NCBI GenBank assembly: GCA_019057375.1
Contig: DXJF01000123.1
Location: 1-30,960 of the forward strand
DNA: 30,960 bases
Source of the DNA: Candidatus Heimdallarchaeota archaeon
Lineage (GTDB): Archaea > Asgardarchaeota > Heimdallarchaeia > Heimdallarchaeales > Heimdallarchaeaceae
Direction: 5' to 3'
Of the stretch, positions 25,073 to 30,960 are shown piece after piece (the stretch's first letter is position 1; the number at the start of each line of letters is the position of its first letter). A program made the position numbers and the translations under genes. The notes below the pieces were generated by a model that did no database searches, was not told where the DNA came from, and saw only the letters and a program-made list of their open reading frames with translations.

Positions 25073-27016
25073 TCATTTCTTCTTATCAGTGTTAAGTGCT
25101 GAATGTTCTAAAGCTAAGTCTTCATACTTCTTAGCAATATAGCTAAATTCCTTTGGAAGGGCATTTCGAAGTACTTCGTGAAAGTTTGTTACTGGGATGA
25201 TTTCCACCATTCCTTTATACCTTTCTTCTAACTTAACATCATCTATATTTTGAATTGGTACAATGACTCGCTTTATTCCAGCTTCAGTTGCAGCTTCAAT
25301 TTTTGCAGTAACTCCACCAACTGGAATAACTATTCCTCTAACTGTTAAACTACCAGTCATAGCAGTATCCTGCCTAATTGGTGCTTTCTCTAGAGCTGAT
25401 ATGATAGAAACAGCTATTGAAATAGAAGCTGAATCTCCTTCGACACCAGAATAAGAACCAACAAATTGAATGTGGTAATCAAAGTCTGAAATATCTTTAC
25501 CGACATACTTCTTTACAATTGCTGAAACATTCTGTACAGCTTCTCTAGCAATAATTCGTAATTGACCTGTCGCAATGATTTTTCCTTCTCTTCTACTGAA
25601 AGCTGGAACAACTTCTGCTTCTATAGGCATAACAATACCTGATCTTTGATTGATGACAGCAAGGCCATTTACTCTTCCAACTTTGGCATCATCAGTTTCA
25701 AAGATTTTGTAGAGTTTTCTTGAATCGGCATAAGAATCACTCATTTGATTTTCCAAAGTTCTTGCAATAACCTTGGCATTTCTAAGTGTCTCAGCAGATA
25801 CTAAATCCTCTCCATTTTCTTTGGCTAAGTCGCCTGCAGCTCTAATTAATCCTCCTAATTCTCGTAATCGTAAAGTAAGATGGTCTTTCTTGTCAGCTCT
25901 TCGTTGAGCTTCATAGATTATTTCTTCAACTGCCTCATGTTTGAAGTGAGGAATTCTTCGATCTTTTACAATCTCCTGCGCACAAAAACGAGCTAGCTTC
26001 CGTCTGTTTTCAGGAGTATCTTTCATAGTATCAGTCATATAAACCTCATAGCCAGATCCTTGAATCCTTGATCTCAACGCAGGATGCATGTTACGAGTAG
26101 TTTCGATATTACCAGCAGCAATTAAAACAAAATTACACGGAACAGGGTCGCTTCTAACCATTGCCCCACTACTAAGTTCTGATTGACCAGTAATTTGCAG
26201 CTTACCCTCTTGCATGGCTGTAAGTAGTTTTTGCTGAGTTCTCATTTCAAGAGTCCCTATCTCATCACTGTAGAGAACACCAAGATTAGATTTGTGAATT
26301 AAACCACTTTCTACACGTTCGTGAGGTGGAGTTCCTAATCCTCCAGATTGGAAAGGATCATGTCTAACATCACCAAGGAGAGCTCCAGCATGTGATCCAG
26401 TAGCATCATTAAAGGGTGCTTTATCCTTTTTACTATTATCTACCAATAATTTTGGTACAAGCATTTCGCTTTTAGATCTGGATTGATTAAGCATAAAGAA
26501 AATGAAAAATCCTACAAACATAGCCATCAAAAGAGTCTGGGGTTGACTAGCAGGATTACCAGCAGTAGCTATCAAAGCATAACCAATTATTGCAAGTAAT
26601 ATTGCAATAGAAATAATGAATCTCTTATTTCCGCTCTTTCTAGCAAGCTCAGCATCCATTTCAACTTTTCTCGCACCATGACCTGCTGGAAGAGTAGCAA
26701 CACGTGGTTGGTTTGGATATTTAGGGTTAGCTATACATAAAACATCAACAAGCTCCTCTTTAGGAAGAAGCTCTGCCATTGCTTGACCAAGCATGCTTTT
26801 ACCTGTACCTGGTTCTCCAATCAGAAGAACATGTCTTCTTTGTAAGGCAGCTTTTTTGATAATTTCAGTTGCATTTTCTTGACCAATTACTTGATCAATT
26901 AAACGAGGAGGTACAGAAATTTCACTAGTATCACTAAATTCAATGTCCAATAGTGCATCTTTTTTAGCTTTAGGCTTGGCCTTTTTCTTGGCTTTAGGTT
27001 GAGTTCCAGACCCCAT
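25073..27016 (-). CDS. lonB: Archaeal membrane-anchored ATP-dependent Lon protease (LonB)
   Basis: Walker A GEPGTGKS, two TM segments inside the AAA+ domain, catalytic Ser in EGDSAS and Lys in GGVTAKIEAA. ATG 27016 preferred over GTG 27025. Confidence 0.95.
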   Translation of the reverse strand: MGSGTQPKAKKKAKPKAKKDALLDIEFSDTSEISVPPRLIDQVIGQENATEIIKKAALQRRHVLLIGEPGTGKSMLGQAMAELLPKEELVDVLCIANPKYPNQPRVATLPAGHGARKVEMDAELARKSGNKRFIISIAILLAIIGYALIATAGNPASQPQTLLMAMFVGFFIFFMLNQSRSKSEMLVPKLLVDNSKKDKAPFNDATGSHAGALLGDVRHDPFQSGGLGTPPHERVESGLIHKSNLGVLYSDEIGTLEMRTQQKLLTAMQEGKLQITGQSELSSGAMVRSDPVPCNFVLIAAGNIETTRNMHPALRSRIQGSGYEVYMTDTMKDTPENRRKLARFCAQEIVKDRRIPHFKHEAVEEIIYEAQRRADKKDHLTLRLRELGGLIRAAGDLAKENGEDLVSAETLRNAKVIARTLENQMSDSYADSRKLYKIFETDDAKVGRVNGLAVINQRSGIVMPIEAEVVPAFSRREGKIIATGQLRIIAREAVQNVSAIVKKYVGKDISDFDYHIQFVGSYSGVEGDSASISIAVSIISALEKAPIRQDTAMTGSLTVRGIVIPVGGVTAKIEAATEAGIKRVIVPIQNIDDVKLEERYKGMVEIIPVTNFHEVLRNALPKEFSYIAKKYEDLALEHSALNTDKKK

Positions 27017-27170
27017 AAATATCACAAATTATAGATAAGAGTATTTTCAATTGATAAGGTTTACTGACGTTAATAAAGATATGTTTTTGGTCAAACTTTC
27101 TGTGCGACACTCACAAATTCTACATTTAATTAAAATGAAAAGGCTTTAATTTCCAACTGATTATAATTGC

Positions 27171-28070
27171 ATGGGTAATATGAAAATACTTGCAGGTCCC
27201 AAATCAGAACAACTTGCTCAAAAGATATCTGAACAATTGAATCTGAAACTGTTAGATATATCTTACAAATACTTTACAGATGGTGAAACCTATTTTAAAA
27301 TTGAGGGGAATCTTGAGAAGGAAGATGTAATTATTGTCCAAACAACCTACCCTAATCAAGAAAAAAGGTTACTTGAACTAATTTTTTTAACTAATACATT
27401 AAAAGAACTGGGAGCTGACAAAGTAATTGCAGTAGTTCCTTATCTCTGTTATGCTAGAGCTGATAGAAGAAGATTAGATGGAGAAGTTGTGTCACATACT
27501 ATAACAATGGATTTACTTCAGCAAGCAGGACTAGATTCACTTATTACAATTAACGTTCATAATCGTGAAGTATTTCATAAAACAACAGAAACTTTGGAGA
27601 AGTATAATCTTAGTGCTCTTCCAGCAATTTCTGATTTCTTAAAGGATAAAATTAACGAAGAATGGATTATCGTTGGACCTGATAAAGGTAGTCAAGAAGA
27701 CATTAATACGTTATCCAAGGAACTTTCATTATCGAGTTTCATATTGGAAAAATATAGAGATCCCCAAAGTCATGAAGTTCAGTTCAATGAAGCTGATTTT
27801 GATTGTGAATCAAAAACTATCATTCTTTTTGATGATGTAATCACTTCTGGGGGCACAGCCATCAAAGCAAGTAAGCTTCTACTTGATAAAAAACCTTCTA
27901 GTCTTAAGTTCATAGTTGTTCATGGGCTCTCCGATTCTGAGGTTTTCAAGAAAATGTATGATATTGGTGTCGATACTATTCTATCGACAAACACTGTACC
28001 AAGAAAAGATATAGAGCAAATTGATATTAGTTCTCTGATTAGTAACTTTATTGGAGAAAAATTTCTATGA
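27171..28070 (+). CDS. prs: Ribose-phosphate pyrophosphokinase
   Basis: FTDGE, PYLCYARADR, GPDKG and PRPP-binding DDVITSGGT. Confidence 0.95.
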   Translation: MGNMKILAGPKSEQLAQKISEQLNLKLLDISYKYFTDGETYFKIEGNLEKEDVIIVQTTYPNQEKRLLELIFLTNTLKELGADKVIAVVPYLCYARADRRRLDGEVVSHTITMDLLQQAGLDSLITINVHNREVFHKTTETLEKYNLSALPAISDFLKDKINEEWIIVGPDKGSQEDINTLSKELSLSSFILEKYRDPQSHEVQFNEADFDCESKTIILFDDVITSGGTAIKASKLLLDKKPSSLKFIVVHGLSDSEVFKKMYDIGVDTILSTNTVPRKDIEQIDISSLISNFIGEKFL

Positions 28071-29095
28071 AAAAATATCTAGCACATATCTGTGGTCATT
28101 TTCAACCTATAGGGTATGAAGAGCTATATGCAGTATTAGAAGCAGAAAATGTGGTATATAAGGTAGTGGAAGTAAACTCTCAAGCAGTTATTTTTGAAAC
28201 AAACGATAATCCTATCTATGCAGTAAGTAGATGTGCTTTTGTTCATTCACTTCTTGAGTTAACAGATGTTGGAGAGATTGATGATGACAAAATAGTCTTT
28301 CAAAACTCATATGAAATATCAGAACCAAAAACTGGATCTACTTTTTGTTCAAGAGTAACAAGAATTGGTAAAAAGGAAATTAGACTTAAAACAATGGATC
28401 TAGAAAGAGATTTGGGAAATCATATCTACAAGAAGTTTGAAGAAAATAAACTTGAGGTTGATTTGAAATCCCCAGATTATACTTTTCGGACAATTCTAAT
28501 AAAAAACCGATTCTTCTTAGGTTTAGAAATATGGTCAATTAATCGCAAGAAATATTCGATTAGAGAGCCTGGCAAGAGAGATTTTTTCAGACCAGGAGCA
28601 ATGAGAACTGATTATGCTAGAGCTTTAGTAAATCTGTCTAGAATAAGAAGAGGTGAAATCTTTTTTGACCCTTTCTGTGGAGGTGGAGGTTTCCTTTTAG
28701 AAGCGTCATTTTTGGGCGCTTATGCAATAGGTACAGATTTGGATTCTAATGCTGTCAAGGGGTCAGTTAGAAACATGAAACAATTCAAACAATCAAATTA
28801 TGAACTTCTTCAAGGAGATTCTCGAAACATCCCCATAAAATTCTTTCATGCAGTTGCAACTGATCCTCCATATTCGTTGCAGTCATCTACTCATGGAGAA
28901 AAAGTTACACAATTAACCTATGACTTTCTAATTGAGTCAAAAGAGTATTTGAAGAAAAACAGACATCTTGTCTATTGTACCCCTTCTTCTCTCGAACCTG
29001 AAACAATTGTCGAAAAAACTGATTATCAGATAGTAACACTAATAGATACATTCATACATAAATCGTTAACTAGAAGAATTCTTGTCTTAAAGTGA
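28067..29095 (+). CDS. trm11: tRNA (guanine-10-N2) methyltransferase, THUMP plus Rossmann MTase
   Basis: THUMP-like region (VDLKSPD), RPGAM, DPFCGGGGFLLEA, TDPPY and HKSLTR. ATGA overlap with prs. Confidence 0.88.
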   Translation: MKKYLAHICGHFQPIGYEELYAVLEAENVVYKVVEVNSQAVIFETNDNPIYAVSRCAFVHSLLELTDVGEIDDDKIVFQNSYEISEPKTGSTFCSRVTRIGKKEIRLKTMDLERDLGNHIYKKFEENKLEVDLKSPDYTFRTILIKNRFFLGLEIWSINRKKYSIREPGKRDFFRPGAMRTDYARALVNLSRIRRGEIFFDPFCGGGGFLLEASFLGAYAIGTDLDSNAVKGSVRNMKQFKQSNYELLQGDSRNIPIKFFHAVATDPPYSLQSSTHGEKVTQLTYDFLIESKEYLKKNRHLVYCTPSSLEPETIVEKTDYQIVTLIDTFIHKSLTRRILVLK

Positions 29096-29099
29096 TCGA

Positions 29100-30020
29100 A
29101 TGTCAAATGAGATGTCCATAATTTTTCTAGGAACCTCTTCGGCTCCTCCTCAATCGACCAGAAAACAGAGTGCAATAGTTGTAAAATACAAGAGTCATAC
29201 TCTTCTCTTTGACGTAGGGGAAGCAACACAATACCAGATGATTGATCAAAAAATTAAGTTTACTAAATTAACAATAATTCTTACTCATCTCCATTCTGAT
29301 CATACACTAGGACTTATGGGATTACTTACAACAAGGAATTTTCGCAATATTAAAACACCAATCACTATTATAGGACCAGCTTGGACTTCAACTTTTGTTT
29401 CTCTTCTATTTTTAGCCTATAGATTTAAGCCAGATTATGAAGTTAAAATAATAGAAACTTCTGGTGGAAATGTTTTAGAGAATAAGGATTTTATTTTAGA
29501 TTCGTTTCCTATTACTCATTCAGATACTAGTTTTGGTTATAGGTTAGTTACTAAGCCAAAACGGAGTAAATTTAATGTTAAAAAAGCAACAGAAATGAAT
29601 GTTCCACGTGGAGAAATGTGGAAAAAGCTTCAGAATGGTATTTCTGTTGAAATAGATGGAAAGATTATTTCTCCCTCTGATGTTCTAGACAAAGTAGAGG
29701 AAAAAAACCTTAAAATTGTCATTACAGGTGATACTCCTTTTGATGAGAAAGTAATTGAATTTGCAAAAAATGCCGATCTCTTGATTCATGATGCAACCTA
29801 CCCCCGTTATGAAGAAGAAAGAGCAAGGAAACATCTTCATTCTACTTGTATTGATGCGGCTCAAGTTGCAAAAAAAGCAAAAGCAAGACGATTGATAATG
29901 ACGCATATCTCTGAACTTCACAAGAATTTGGAGGAATCTTTGAATGATTCTAGAGAAATATTCACAAACTGTGAGTTTGCGGAGGATGGATTAAGAATTA
30001 GATTAAAACCTAAAGAGTAG
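29100..30020 (+). CDS. rnz: Ribonuclease Z
   Basis: FLGTSS, FDVGE, THLHSDH, exosite, TGDT, HDATY, HST and THIS. Confidence 0.93.
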   Translation: MSNEMSIIFLGTSSAPPQSTRKQSAIVVKYKSHTLLFDVGEATQYQMIDQKIKFTKLTIILTHLHSDHTLGLMGLLTTRNFRNIKTPITIIGPAWTSTFVSLLFLAYRFKPDYEVKIIETSGGNVLENKDFILDSFPITHSDTSFGYRLVTKPKRSKFNVKKATEMNVPRGEMWKKLQNGISVEIDGKIISPSDVLDKVEEKNLKIVITGDTPFDEKVIEFAKNADLLIHDATYPRYEEERARKHLHSTCIDAAQVAKKAKARRLIMTHISELHKNLEESLNDSREIFTNCEFAEDGLRIRLKPKE

Positions 30021-30459
30021 AGATTTCTGAAAATTTTCTGGGGGACAATTCTTTCCCATCTTCTGTTTTAGGTACAAACCAGTCCAAGAATTTATCACAA
30101 TTATCAGGTTGAATAATTAATTCAACATTTCCTAAAGGTGACGATGTACCTTCAGTAGTAAAAGCAATTTTATTAGTAAAAAGTGCTTGTTTGTGTAGAG
30201 GGACAACTAAAGAATTAGAGTAATAATCACGTTTCATACATTGCCTGACAGAATCTAGTATAAAATTTTGCCTTATGTGATTGAACAATCTTTTCAAAAC
30301 ATCAATTGGAAGGTTTTCAGCAATAAGATAAGTGATTTCTGCATCATCAATACGCTTGAGTTCAGGTTGAACACCAAGTAAATTCTCGATACATATCATA
30401 ACTTTGCTTTCATTTTCAGTGGAATAAAGAGGAACTCGCAAACTTAACTTAATTTGCAT
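30010..30459 (-). CDS. UPF0201/DUF54 family putative RNA-binding protein
   Basis: YSTENESKVMICIENL, ILDSVR, LHKQA and SPLGNVEL. Coupled to the upstream kinase as in many archaea. Confidence 0.8.
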   Translation of the reverse strand: MQIKLSLRVPLYSTENESKVMICIENLLGVQPELKRIDDAEITYLIAENLPIDVLKRLFNHIRQNFILDSVRQCMKRDYYSNSLVVPLHKQALFTNKIAFTTEGTSSPLGNVELIIQPDNCDKFLDWFVPKTEDGKELSPRKFSEISTL

Positions 30460-30960
30460 TATTTCACCCTTTTGTTCAATTCTTCAAGAAGACTTAATGA
30501 CTGTTCTCTAAAAGATTCTAGAGCATTATTATTTGGAATTACATAATTTGAAAAAGCGATAGTTTCTCCTAATCCAAGTTTTAATTCGTCTTCATCTCTT
30601 AACCTAAAATCTTTTTCAGTTTGGGGAGCATCTTTCCTCCCTCTCAATTTAAGTCGACCATATCTTAGTCTTGGATCTACATGTATTGCAACAATCAGGA
30701 AATCATTATTAAGCTGATTCTTGAAATGCGTAACTTCGGCTTGACTTCTGATCCCATCAATGATTATATTGTGAATACCTTGTTGTTTCAAATCTTCGAT
30801 AGCTATACAAGTAAGATGGGCTACAGCTGTCTCTCCATGATCTTCTCTTAGCTTGATCATGTATTTTCTGCTCATCTCAGGAGTAAGTTCAAATCCTTCC
30901 TCTACTACTTTTGCTCTGACTACATCACCCATTACAACAGTTTGATAACTGAGTTCCTCT
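30459..30960 (-). CDS. Archaeal dephospho-CoA kinase/AAA-family kinase, 5' end beyond window
   Basis: MGDVVR, IDGIRS, RGRKDAP and RDEDELKLGLG. The frame stays open to the window edge (EELSYQTVV-MGD), so Walker A lies outside the window. Confidence 0.8.
   Translation of the reverse strand, partial: EELSYQTVVMGDVVRAKVVEEGFELTPEMSRKYMIKLREDHGETAVAHLTCIAIEDLKQQGIHNIIIDGIRSQAEVTHFKNQLNNDFLIVAIHVDPRLRYGRLKLRGRKDAPQTEKDFRLRDEDELKLGLGETIAFSNYVIPNNNALESFREQSLSLLEELNKRVK

Noticed and set aside
488-29921. About 35 short ORFs (60-110 aa) antisense to or nested within long genes
   Set aside because: They lie within well-supported genes, have no motifs and show composition typical of shadow ORFs.
1-30960. 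CRISPR arrays, rRNA, long repeats, intact transposases
   Set aside because: None seen. Intergenic gaps are all about 200 bp or less and lack repeat-spacer periodicity.

Overview
AT-rich (visually about one-third GC), gene-dense archaeal chromosomal segment. Archaeal markers include membrane-anchored LonB, geranylgeranyl reductase, Trm11/TrmG10, RNase Z, the dephospho-CoA kinase/UPF0201 pair, tRNA-Gly(CCC) with A73, and TATA-like boxes about 22-36 nt before several start codons. Several eukaryote-like proteins suggest an Asgard archaeon, possibly Heimdallarchaeia (inference, no search run). No CRISPR array, rRNA, integrase or intact transposase was seen. Main points of interest: (1) a stand-alone homolog of Arp2/3 subunit ARPC4 carrying a Cys/His cluster; (2) two tandem SufS-like proteins that both lack the PLP Schiff-base lysine but keep the persulfide cysteine; (3) a full-length family-B DNA polymerase with intact polymerase carboxylates, degenerate proofreading motifs and an SMFPS motif A; (4) a longin-like two-domain protein; (5) a LolD/MacB-type ABC ATPase fused to a roughly 390-aa soluble, possibly CorA-like domain, next to a truncated paralog. 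All family calls come from motif recognition and remembered reference sequences and need HMM or structure confirmation.
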